Below, in pieces: positions 37,612 to 46,675 of a DNA stretch of 46,675 nucleotides (positions are counted from its first letter, which is position 1; each line of letters starts with the position of its first letter). This DNA is from Ruminococcaceae bacterium UBA7067 (GTDB taxonomy: Bacteria; Bacillota; Clostridia; Oscillospirales; Acutalibacteraceae), in contig DKZT01000024.1 in the NCBI GenBank assembly GCA_002493755.1, forward strand, positions 698 to 47,372. The letters are read 5' to 3'. Made by a program: the position numbers and the translations under genes. Below the pieces are notes generated by a model. It made no database searches. It was not told the origin of the DNA and worked only from the letters and a program-made list of their open reading frames with translations.

Positions 37612-40207
37612 GTGTCATATAAAATTACTGGTTCAAAACAAGAAAATGAAAGTCTGAAAGAGGGTTATAGCATTTTGAATGCACGATTAAGAAAAAGCAA
37701 ACGAGTTTTAAGTATCCTGATTTGTTTTACGGTGATTATGTCCTGCTGTGTGTTATCTGTAAATAACGCAGCGGCAGAGGATTCCGCATCCTCCCGTATT
37801 TCCGACCCCATAACTATGGATGATTGGAAAGGGTATTTCGGCGCTGATGTAATGTCAACCGAAAATGCAGGAGCAGTGTGGACAGATAAATCGGTTCTTA
37901 CAGATTCCTCGGCATTCGGCAGTGCAGGAATAGAAATGAAGGACAGAGATGACTTTCTCGTGGCTATGTCTGCGATAGCGTCAAATTCAGCTGTTTCCGG
38001 TTATTCAAATGTTCCGATTGACACTATGATGATTCTTGATGTGTCGGGTTCGATGAACGATAACCCGGAAAACAACGGCAGCATCACAAGCACAAGCTCG
38101 GCTTTAGGGTTTGTCAGTCAGCTGAGCGGAGCATATGCGAAACAGCAGATTGAGGAAAAATACGGCAGTGATTGCCTGTTTTACACGCTCGGACTCGGCG
38201 TTGGCGATAACAGCATTGCCACAAGCGTTCTCAATCCTGCGAAGTCATCAAAGGGAATTAACGATTTCTGGACAAAATACAACAGTGCAGATGTCGGAGG
38301 AAAGGTTGTTGTTAAGAAAGCTTCGAAAGATAAGCCTGAGCTTGCTGTAACGAAAATTCCGCAAAGCCTTGAGCAGGTCTATGTTGACGGATTTTTTGAG
38401 GTTGACAGCAAATCCTCCGATGCGGCGCAAAAGCTTAAAAAGGCTTTTGCTGATATAGTCGTAACAATACAGCTTCAGTCACGGTATTTTGTAACGGACA
38501 CGGTAAATAATTCGGGCTATATCTCGTTTACGGACAGAATAGGCGAATATATGCAGGTCACCGATGTTAAGGGCATTCTTCTTGGTAATACCCTTTATTC
38601 GGGCGCAGAGCTTGCAAAGAATTTAGCCGACAAAGGGGGAGAAGCGGAAGAAAAATTATTAAACACTGTTAAGTCGCGGCTCGGAATTGATAATGCGGAT
38701 ACGGCAAAGGAATTAATCCGCCTTGCCTGTGAGCACGGACAAATCAGCTATACAAGCGACAGTCAGTTCAGCAGTTATATCGGTTGGTATGCGAATGCAA
38801 AGGGCGAATATCTCGGCTTCTGGTATGACGGCATAACGACAATGCCCGACCCGTCAGACCCGAACCTTAATGATGAAACAAGACCCGAGTATATTGTTAA
38901 ATCATATATGTATCTCGGCGCTGTTGATGAAAAAGACAGTGTTGCTTCATCTGATATGATGTATGCCGATGCGCGTGTGACTGAAAATATTGCAACGGGT
39001 GAGCAGACGGTTAAATTTGCAATCCCTGCCGCACTCATACCGACTGTGAGCTACAATGTTACTCTTGATAAGAAAAAAGAGTGTTCCAAACTGACCGTTA
39101 CGGGCGCAGAGAATCCAATCCGCCTTGTTTACGGTGTCGGACTTAAGGACAATTACGCCCTCAAAGCAGAATGAAAAATACTACTGCCGTGAAGCGTCAC
39201 TGCTTTATTCCGATGATAAAGGCACTGTGTTCAAGGGCGATATAGATAAGTCTTGGGTCTATTATTGCGCAAATACTGTTTTCAGCATTCAGAACGGTAT
39301 TCCGCAGACAGGAACAGCTTACAGGAGGCTATCACAAGCGGCTGTTGAATCGGCAAAGCAGAATGATGACGGCACCTGGAGTGTTTCTGCCGAAAATGCC
39401 CTGATTTATTTTGATAAGGATAATGTCAGCAAGTCCGAAAATAAAACTCAAACCCTTGCTTATGCAAACAGCCGATATCCTGACGAAAAGGGCGGCAATT
39501 TCAGCGTTGGCACAGACCTCGGCAACAACGGTAAGCTTACGCTTAAGCCTGCAACAGGAATAAAGCTGAGTAAAGCAGTCGATGTCGCAACAGAGGACTC
39601 ACGTTCTGTGTCCTTTGAATTTATAATTACAAACAAAACAGACGGCAATGACTCAAAAGACTATGACGCTATGCTTAAGCACGCTGACGGTTCAACAGAC
39701 GAGGTTGTTGTGAGCTTTGAAAACGGCAAGGATACGGTATCGCTGAAAGCAGACGAAACAATTTATATCAAGGGTATGACTGACGGCACAAAATACACCG
39801 TAGAAGAGATACCGAACGATAAGTATGTTGTGGATAATATAAACGGCGACAGCGAAGCGACCTCGGCTGAAATTACAGTGGAACGCTGTAAGCTGAGCGA
39901 GGTAAGCTTTGTAAACACCAAGCAAACCGACCCGACCGAGCCGACCGACCCGACCGACCCGACCGAGCCGACCGAGCCGACCACACCAACCGTTCCGACT
40001 AACCCGACTATCCCAACTAACCCAAGCAACCCGAAAAATGACGATACAATAACCGTTATCTGCAAAACGTCAGACGGAAAAGCACCGGACACACCGAAAA
40101 CAGGAGATGAAAGGAGCGTCATGATTCCTCTTGCGGCTTTGCTTTTAAGCGGAGCAGTTCTGCTCGGCGTCAGCGTCTATAAGAGGCGAAAGAAAATGAA
40201 GAAATAA
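37612..40207 (+). pseudogene. Sortase-anchored adhesin/pilin-like protein with vestigial vWA domain; frameshift near 39160
   Basis: Signal peptide; MILDVSGSM MIDAS start without the rest of vWA; second frame ends TPKTGD + TM + KRRKKMKK. Confidence 0.75.
39926..40033 (+). repeat. 12 x 9-bp coding tandem repeat (T-x-P linker)
   Basis: accgacccg/accgagccg units encoding TDPTEPTDP... Confidence 0.9.
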
Positions 40208-40228
40208 AACAATAATATAGGCAATAAG

Positions 40229-40269
40229 AAAAGGCTTTGGAGTTTTGAAATGAACCCCAAGGCCTTTTT
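40229..40269 (+). terminator. Rho-independent terminator
   Basis: aaaaggctttgg..ccaaggcctttt. Confidence 0.65.
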
Positions 40270-40294
40270 GATATATTCTTTTTTCAAAAGAATA

Positions 40295-40360
40295 TTGACA
40301 AACCAAACAAAACGGAATATACTATTTGTACTAATGGTAATAGAACAAATTAGTACAAAT
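40295..40360 (+). promoter_or_regulatory. sigmaA promoter followed by an operator-like perfect 12-bp inverted repeat (GntR/YtrA-like)
   Basis: TTGACA, 17 bp, TATACT; ATTTGTACTAAT-N13-ATTAGTACAAAT at 40324-40360. Confidence 0.7.
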
Positions 40361-40541
40361 GAAGCAGGCTCTTTATTGCAAAATGACTTGACTAAACCGA
40401 CAAAAAATTATAATATATTACAATAAGGGATAAAATTGCCTTAAATAAATTTTTACATTAAAATATATCTGAAATACGACAAACAGGGTCAGAAAAATCA
40501 GATAAAATAGCTAATGCTCTGTAATAACAAAGAGGTGCATT

Positions 40542-42047
40542 ATGAACACATCAGTGTTGGACTGGCTTAATTTAACAGCCGAAAAGTATTCCGATAAGGT
40601 CGCTTTTACCGATTCCGAAAAAAGCATTACCTTTTCAGAGCTTAACGAAGTAACAAAATCTGTCGGCACATATCTTGCCTCAGTTGTGACACCAGGAAGT
40701 CCTGTTGCAGTTATGACAGGCAGGCATATCCTTACTCCTGCCTGCTTTCTGGGAATCGTAAGAGCAGGCTGCTTTTATGCACCTATGGACGCAACAATGC
40801 CAAAGCCGAGGTTGAATCAGATTCTTTCGGTTATAAAGGCAGGCTTTATGCTCGTTGACAGGGAACACCTTGATACTGCAAGGGAGCTTGATTTTGACGG
40901 AACGATAATTGTTATGGAGGATATTATCAATACTCCGTGCGATGAGCTTCTGCTTGAAAAGGCTCTTTATAATCTTAATGAAAATTCTCCGCTCTATGTG
41001 ATTTTTACATCAGGCTCAACCGGAGTGCCAAAGGGTGTTATAACCTCGCACCACTCGCTTATGTGCTATATTGACGCAGTCGGCGAGGTGCTTAAGGTTG
41101 ACGATACGGACGTTTTCGGCAGTCAGTCGCCGCTGGATTATATAGCCGCCGTGCGGGATATTTATCTGCCGCTGAAAACAGGCGCGTCTACGGTGATTAT
41201 TCCGAAAAACGAGTTTTCAATGCCGACACAGCTTTTTGAAACGCTCAACAAAAACAAGGTAACTGCTCTGTGCTGGAGCGTTGCAGGGGTTGAGCTGCCG
41301 GCAAAGCTCGGCGCATTTGATCTGATAAAGCCGCAGTACCTTAAAAAGGTATGCTTTTCAGGCTCGGTAATGCCCGGCAGATATCTTAAAATATGGCAGC
41401 AGGCTTTACCTGAGGTTATGTACGTCAATCAGTACGGGCCAACAGAGGCAACTGCCTCCTGCACATATTACGTTGTCGATAAAGAGGTAGATGACGATAC
41501 TGTTCTCCCGATCGGCAAGCCGTATAAGAACTATACGGTAACGCTTCTCAACAAGGACGGAACGGCTACCGAAAAGGGTAAAACGGGCGAGATTTGCGTC
41601 AGCGGCCCGATACTCGCCTTAGGCTATTACGGCAATCCCGAAAAAACGAATGAGTCCTTTGTGCAGAATCCGCTTAATAAAAACTACCGTGAGCTTATCT
41701 ATAAAACAGGCGACCTCGGTAGCATAAACGAGGACGGACTTCTTGAGTTTCACGGCAGAAAAGACAGACAGATAAAGCATATGGGTCACAGAATTGAGCT
41801 GGGCGAGATTGAGTCCGTCGCAAAGCAGGTTGACAATCTTCTTGACTGCTGCGCACTGTATTATAAGGAGAAGGAGCTTTTGTACCTTTTCTATACGGGC
41901 AGCGCGTCGTCCAAGGATATTGTTCTGCATTTCAGAAAAATCCTGCCTGCATTTATGGTGCCAAGAAAGCTTGTGAATCTTCAGGAATTGCCGACCCTGC
42001 CGAACGGCAAAACTGATATGAAGGCTTTGGAGGCTTATTTTAAATAA
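40542..42047 (+). CDS. Stand-alone adenylation enzyme (DltA-like acyl-carrier ligase)
   Basis: FTSGSTGVPKG, NQYGPTE, YKTGD, GRKDRQIK, NGKTD. Confidence 0.92.
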   Translation: MNTSVLDWLNLTAEKYSDKVAFTDSEKSITFSELNEVTKSVGTYLASVVTPGSPVAVMTGRHILTPACFLGIVRAGCFYAPMDATMPKPRLNQILSVIKAGFMLVDREHLDTARELDFDGTIIVMEDIINTPCDELLLEKALYNLNENSPLYVIFTSGSTGVPKGVITSHHSLMCYIDAVGEVLKVDDTDVFGSQSPLDYIAAVRDIYLPLKTGASTVIIPKNEFSMPTQLFETLNKNKVTALCWSVAGVELPAKLGAFDLIKPQYLKKVCFSGSVMPGRYLKIWQQALPEVMYVNQYGPTEATASCTYYVVDKEVDDDTVLPIGKPYKNYTVTLLNKDGTATEKGKTGEICVSGPILALGYYGNPEKTNESFVQNPLNKNYRELIYKTGDLGSINEDGLLEFHGRKDRQIKHMGHRIELGEIESVAKQVDNLLDCCALYYKEKELLYLFYTGSASSKDIVLHFRKILPAFMVPRKLVNLQELPTLPNGKTDMKALEAYFK

Positions 42048-42078
42048 GAGTTTAGAGTTTTGAGTTTAGAGTTATGAG
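42048..42078 (+). repeat. Short heptamer tandem repeat
   Basis: gag tttagag ttttgag tttagag ttatgag. Confidence 0.7.
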
Positions 42079-42090
42079 CTTGGGTCAGGC

Positions 42091-42235
42091 ATAAGCCTTC
42101 CCTTGGAGGGGAAGGTGACGATAGCCGGATGAGGTGGCGGTCGCTCAGCTGAGTCTATCCAAAGCGTTCATCGGTTCGAGCATCCCCTCATCAGTCGCCC
42201 GAGGGCGACAGCTTCCCCCGAGGGGGAAGCCTTAT
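42091..42235. repeat. GC-rich REP/MITE-like palindromic element
   Basis: Ends ataagccttccc/gggaagccttat; hairpins ccttccc..gggaagg, tcgccc..gggcga, gcttcccc..ggggaagc; gatgagg/cctcatc pair. Confidence 0.7.
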
Positions 42236-42322
42236 CTCGTTTCCGTATTCAGCAATAAATTATCATTTAGCTTACTAAAAGGGATAACCATAAAATAAAA
42301 AACATAGAAAGAGGTAATTAAA

Positions 42323-42550
42323 ATGGAAGAATTAATGGAAATACTGGGCGAATTAAGACCCGACGTAGACTTTGAAAACGAAACTGCTCTTATCACGGAC
42401 GGCGTGCTTGACTCCTTTGACATTGTCGCTCTTGTAGCCGAGCTTAACGAGGCATTCGACATTGAAATCAAGCCGAATAACCTTGTACCCGACAACTTCA
42501 ACTCTGTTAAGGCTATGATGGCTCTTATCGAGCAGCTTCAGGACGAATAA
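42323..42550 (+). CDS. Acyl/aminoacyl carrier protein (DltC-like)
   Basis: 75 aa, acidic; GVLDSFDIVALV phosphopantetheine serine motif. Confidence 0.92.
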   Translation: MEELMEILGELRPDVDFENETALITDGVLDSFDIVALVAELNEAFDIEIKPNNLVPDNFNSVKAMMALIEQLQDE

Positions 42551-42559
42551 GAGGCGTTT

Positions 42560-43738
42560 ATGGAAGAAAAGACTATAAGACAGCTTCTTGACGAGGTTAA
42601 AACTCCGTCCTATATTTTTGATACAGATGAATTTGCAAGGCGCGCGCAGCTTGTAAGGGAGAGCTTCGGCGAAAAGACGGGACTTTGCTTTTCTATCAAG
42701 GCAAATCCGTTTCTGCTCGGCTGTCTGCCCGATACCTTTGACAAAATCGAGGTGTGCAGTCCCGGTGAGCTTACTATCTGCCAGAAGACGGGAGCAGACC
42801 CTTCAAAAATCATCTTTTCGGGCGTGAACAAAACAGCGGAGGATGTCGAGCGCGCTATGGAGTACGGCGCAGGAACCTTTACAGCCGAGAGCTTTTTGCA
42901 CGCTGAGCTGATTAATAACAGCGCAGTTAAAAGGGGCATAACCGTGCCTGTGCTTGTCCGTGTTACAGGCGGCAGTCAGTTCGGAATGGACGAGCAGGAC
43001 GTTATAGACCTTATCAGCCGAGCAGATGAATACAAGGGCATTGAATTTGTCGGACTTCATTACTTTACAGGCACGCAAAAGAGAAAGCCTGCCGTGATTG
43101 AAAAGGAGCTTGACTATATCGCCGATTTTGCCGACAGGCTTAAGGCTGAAACAGGCTTTGATACAAAGCGCATTGAATACGGCACGGGTCTTGCTGTTGA
43201 TTACTTCAAGGACAACGCCGACGAGCTTGAGCAGGAGCGCCTTGAGGCTGTATCTGCAAAGGTGAGGGAGATTTCACAGCGCTTTGAGCTTACCGTTGAA
43301 ATGGGCAGATTCTTTGCCGCCTCCTGTGGATATTATCTTACTAGGGTGATGGACGTAAAAACAAACTGCGGCATAAACTACGCAATCTGTGACGGCGGAC
43401 TTAACCAGCTTAAGTATGACGGACAGATTCAAGGAATGCAGATTCCGAAAATCCTGCACATAAAAAACGCAGAAGCATACGCTTCTCATCAGGAAAAATG
43501 GACTCTGTGCGGCAGCCTTTGCACCACTGCGGATATTCTGGCAAGAGATGTTCTGTTTGATTCGCTTGAAATCGGCGATACTCTTGTTTTCTGCCGTACC
43601 GGCGCATACTCCGCAATGGAGGGAATGGCTGTATTCCTGAGCCGTGAAATGCCGCTTATCTCGCTTTATTCCGAAAAAGAGGGACTTTCAGTGCTTCGCC
43701 ACATAATTCATACCGATATATTCAACACACCAATCTGA
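42560..43738 (+). CDS. Fold-type III PLP decarboxylase (diaminopimelate decarboxylase-like; BtrK/VinO-like context)
   Basis: TPSYIFD, FSIKANP (PLP Lys), EMGRFF, GSLCTTAD, GAYS. Confidence 0.88.
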   Translation: MEEKTIRQLLDEVKTPSYIFDTDEFARRAQLVRESFGEKTGLCFSIKANPFLLGCLPDTFDKIEVCSPGELTICQKTGADPSKIIFSGVNKTAEDVERAMEYGAGTFTAESFLHAELINNSAVKRGITVPVLVRVTGGSQFGMDEQDVIDLISRADEYKGIEFVGLHYFTGTQKRKPAVIEKELDYIADFADRLKAETGFDTKRIEYGTGLAVDYFKDNADELEQERLEAVSAKVREISQRFELTVEMGRFFAASCGYYLTRVMDVKTNCGINYAICDGGLNQLKYDGQIQGMQIPKILHIKNAEAYASHQEKWTLCGSLCTTADILARDVLFDSLEIGDTLVFCRTGAYSAMEGMAVFLSREMPLISLYSEKEGLSVLRHIIHTDIFNTPI

Positions 43739-43754
43739 ATTTGAGGAAGATATT

Positions 43755-45377
43755 TTGAGTTACACATCAATTAATTTTTTATTTTTTGTTTTAGCAACAA
43801 TGCTTGTGTACTTTCTCTTTCCGCTTAAAAAGCAGAAGTGGGTTGTGCTGCTTGCAGCAAGCTATGTATTTTATCTTTTTGCAGGGTATAAATATGTAGC
43901 TTTTATACTGTTTACAACAATCAGTACATACCTTATCGCTTTGTGGATTGAAAAGATCAGCACAAGCTCAAAGGCGGTAATCAAGCAGAATAAAGCCGAC
44001 TGGAGCCGTGAGCAGAAGAAAAAATACAAGGATAAAATCAAAACGAGAAAACGCCTTGTAATGGCTCTCTGCCTTGTTTTGAACTTCGGAATACTTGCTT
44101 TCTTAAAGTATTACAACTTCTTTGCAGGCAGTCTTAACGATGTTATGGGTTCATTCGGAATCGGCTTTTCAGCTCCGACCCTCAGCCTGTTTTTACCGCT
44201 CGGCATTTCATTTTACACCTTCCAGTCGATGGGCTACATAGTTGACGTTTACCGTGAAAAAACGCCCGCCGAGCGCAATCCGCTGAAATTTGCTCTGTTT
44301 GTATCGTTCTTTCCGCAGATTATCCAAGGTCCGATAAGCATTTACGACCAGCTTGCAAAGCAGCTTTATGAGCCGCACAGCTTTGATTTTACACGCTTCA
44401 AGCACGGTATTGAGCTTATCCTTTGGGGCCTTGTAAAGAAAATGATATTTGCCGACAGAGCCGTTGAGGCTATCAACACGGTAACGGCAAGCTACGGCAG
44501 CTACAACGGTACAACGCTTACCTTTACGATTCTTCTCTATGCGTTTCAGCTTTATGCTGACTTCTCGGGCGGTATTGACATTTCAAGAGGCGTTGCCCAG
44601 ATTTTCGGCATAGATATGATGGAAAACTTCAAGCGCCCTTACTTCTCAAAGGATATAAACGAGTATTGGCGCAGATGGCATATGTCGCTGGGTAACTGGT
44701 TTAAAAACTACCTGTTCTATCCGCTTGCGATGTCCTCGCTGTTTATTAATATAAGCAAGAAGATAAAGGGTTCAAAATTCGGCTCAACCGCTGCAGGTAC
44801 ACATATTGCAAAGGTGCTGCCGACGAGCATAGCCTCCTTTATTGTGTTCTTTATGGTCGGCGTATGGCACGGCGCAAACTGGAAATACATCGGCTTCGGC
44901 GTGTGGAACGGCGGAATCATAATGCTGTCCGTTCTGATGAAGCCTGTGTTTGAGTGGGTAATCAAAAAGCTTCACATCAACGCAAAGTCCTTTCCGTATA
45001 CGGTGTTCCAGATTATCAGAACCTTTATAGTTGTGCTTGTGGGTTATGTGTTTGACGTTGCGCCGAATTTCGGGGAAGCAATGCGCACCTTTGCGCTGTT
45101 CTTCACCGATCAGAATCTGTCAGTCGGCTGGTCGCAGATCAGCACACTCGGACTCGGCAAGAAAGAGTATCTGCTTATTCTTGCAGGCGTAGTGCTTGTG
45201 TTTATTGTCAGCCTTATTCAGGAGCGCAACGAAAAAACAACAATCCGCGAGATGCTCGACAAAAAGCCGTTTATTATCCGCTGGGGCGCGGTGTTTGTCG
45301 GGGTTATGGCGCTTGTGGTGTTCGGTGTTTACGGCTCAGGCTTTAATGCAGCCGACTTTGTATATATGCAGTTTTAG
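43755..45377 (+). CDS. MBOAT O-acyltransferase (AlgI/PatA/DltB family)
   Basis: PLGISFYTFQ, FFPQIIQGPI, WRRWHMSL, GVWHG, C-terminal FVYMQF. Confidence 0.94.
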   Translation: MSYTSINFLFFVLATMLVYFLFPLKKQKWVVLLAASYVFYLFAGYKYVAFILFTTISTYLIALWIEKISTSSKAVIKQNKADWSREQKKKYKDKIKTRKRLVMALCLVLNFGILAFLKYYNFFAGSLNDVMGSFGIGFSAPTLSLFLPLGISFYTFQSMGYIVDVYREKTPAERNPLKFALFVSFFPQIIQGPISIYDQLAKQLYEPHSFDFTRFKHGIELILWGLVKKMIFADRAVEAINTVTASYGSYNGTTLTFTILLYAFQLYADFSGGIDISRGVAQIFGIDMMENFKRPYFSKDINEYWRRWHMSLGNWFKNYLFYPLAMSSLFINISKKIKGSKFGSTAAGTHIAKVLPTSIASFIVFFMVGVWHGANWKYIGFGVWNGGIIMLSVLMKPVFEWVIKKLHINAKSFPYTVFQIIRTFIVVLVGYVFDVAPNFGEAMRTFALFFTDQNLSVGWSQISTLGLGKKEYLLILAGVVLVFIVSLIQERNEKTTIREMLDKKPFIIRWGAVFVGVMALVVFGVYGSGFNAADFVYMQF

Positions 45378-45379
45378 AG

Positions 45380-46528
45380 GTGTATATGAAAAAGAAAAAA
45401 TATATTATGCGCACTGTGAAAATTCTTTCGCTGCTGCTGGCGATTGTATTGCTGACAGCCTTTTTGCAGGAGTTCATACTGTGTCACAGCGACCATAACA
45501 GAGAAAGAATAAAGGGCTTCTATCTTGAGGACAAGGACTCTCTTGACGTTGTGTTTATCGGTGCAAGCGAGGTGTATGCAGGCTTTTCTTCTGCGTATGC
45601 GTATAAAAGGTTCGGCTTTACAAGCTATCCGTTCGCAACGCAGTCGAACATTATTTCAAGCTATAAAAGCCAGATAAAAACAATTATTGAGCGGCAGCAC
45701 CCGAAGCTGTTGGTTATTGAGATTAACGGCGCGCTGTACGGCGACAACAAGCAGCTTGAAAACGAGGCAAACTTCAGAAACTATGTTGATAATATTCCTT
45801 TAGACAGCAATAAGGTGCAGATTGTCAAGGACTATGCGCCTGAAAATGAGCTTGAATATTATCTGCCTATCATAAAATACCATTCGGTGTGGAACGACTG
45901 GCCGTCAGGTCTGCATTGGAGCCTTTCAACTATGCAGGACGCTCTCAGAGGACACAATCTTCTCAAGGGTTCAAAGAACAAAACCGAGATTTATAAGCCT
46001 AAGGAAAAGGTGTATAACAGCGAGCTTAAAAACAACAACAAGAAAAAAGACCTTACTGAAAAATCAGAGTCTTATCTGCGTGATATGCTTGAATACTGCA
46101 AATCCGAGAATATCACAAACATTGTTTTCACAAGATTCCCTCACGTTGTAAGCAAAAAGCACCTTGGCAGATTCGAGCGCGGCAATGCCGCAGGCGAGAT
46201 TATAGCGGAATACGGCTATGATTTTCTGAATTTTGAAAAGGATTTTGTTGACACGGGTCTTGATACCTCTCACGATTTTTATAATGTCGACCATCTGAAT
46301 GTTTACGGTCAGCAGAAATTCACCGAATATCTGGGAAACATACTCTGCGAAAGATACGGAGTTACGAAAAGCGAGCTTACCGACTCTCAAAAGGCGCAGT
46401 GGGACGAAACCGCAAGATATTATGACGCCTACTACAAATTCGGCGACGCTGTAATAAAAGAGGGCAAGAGGAAAAAGGACATCGGCGAAAACTTCCTTGA
46501 TATGCAGGAACTGAAAAATTATTTATAA
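45380..46528 (+). CDS. Membrane-anchored SGNH-like protein (DltD/AlgJ/PatB-like acyl transfer partner)
   Basis: N-terminal TM; VFIGASE block I; YNVDHLN catalytic His region; directly follows the MBOAT. Confidence 0.78.
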   Translation: MYMKKKKYIMRTVKILSLLLAIVLLTAFLQEFILCHSDHNRERIKGFYLEDKDSLDVVFIGASEVYAGFSSAYAYKRFGFTSYPFATQSNIISSYKSQIKTIIERQHPKLLVIEINGALYGDNKQLENEANFRNYVDNIPLDSNKVQIVKDYAPENELEYYLPIIKYHSVWNDWPSGLHWSLSTMQDALRGHNLLKGSKNKTEIYKPKEKVYNSELKNNNKKKDLTEKSESYLRDMLEYCKSENITNIVFTRFPHVVSKKHLGRFERGNAAGEIIAEYGYDFLNFEKDFVDTGLDTSHDFYNVDHLNVYGQQKFTEYLGNILCERYGVTKSELTDSQKAQWDETARYYDAYYKFGDAVIKEGKRKKDIGENFLDMQELKNYL

Positions 46529-46530
46529 TT

Positions 46531-46572
46531 AAAATGCACTGAACGGCAAAACCGCCGCGAGGTGCATTTTTC
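46531..46572 (+). terminator. Probable terminator
   Basis: aaaatgcac...gtgcattttt. Confidence 0.55.
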
Positions 46573-46675
46573 TGTTCAGAGAAAATTTCACACAAGCTTT
46601 ACAAGGATAATACAGAATCAAGCTTAGTTTTTTACAAAGCAGGAATATACTGTTAGCGTTCTCAGGGGAAAATCA

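Noticed and set aside
39926-40033. Non-coding repeat array
   Set aside because: In-frame 9-bp units encoding a Thr-x-Pro cell-wall linker
42560-43738. Housekeeping lysA
   Set aside because: Embedded between ACP and MBOAT genes; family fold supported but not LysA specificity, so no gene symbol given
40542-46528. Canonical dltABCD or an NRPS cluster
   Set aside because: Extra decarboxylase, AlgI-type long MBOAT, altered A4 motif; no condensation or thioesterase domains
187-46595. Numerous short antisense or overlapping ORFs in the ORF track
   Set aside because: They overlap well-supported genes, lack RBS and motifs, and look like shadow ORFs

Overview
Accessory-rich chromosomal region, probably from a Clostridia (Ruminococcus/Oscillospiraceae-like) bacterium; this is inferred from gene families and sigmaA-type promoters. 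1-12 kb is a WYL-associated, defence-like island. It holds a CbxX/SpoVK-type AAA ATPase, a collapsed LRR mini-gene, a WYL regulator, an AT-rich reader/Mrr-like nuclease/reader gene and a coupled DarB/SNF2-like helicase, MoxR AAA and vWA-metallopeptidase operon. Its regulatory scaffold is duplicated at 10.9-11.1 kb, a further WYL fragment lies at 20.4 kb, and a tRNA/tmRNA-like 3' end (possible att site) lies at 12.0 kb. 12-18.7 kb contains many truncated, frameshifted or deleted genes around a few intact ones. It is followed by trpB2, a phosphoesterase, bcp-yaaA, xpt with a purine nucleoside ABC transporter, a hairpin array, a yjdF riboswitch and gene, a Wadjet (jetABCD) system whose JetC looks internally deleted, MITE-like elements and a decayed sortase-anchored adhesin. 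The window ends in an apparently intact dlt-like operon (adenylation enzyme, ACP, PLP decarboxylase, MBOAT, SGNH). The best candidates for undescribed systems are this decarboxylase-containing dlt-like operon and the WYL island modules. All family calls come from motifs read by eye; no searches were run.
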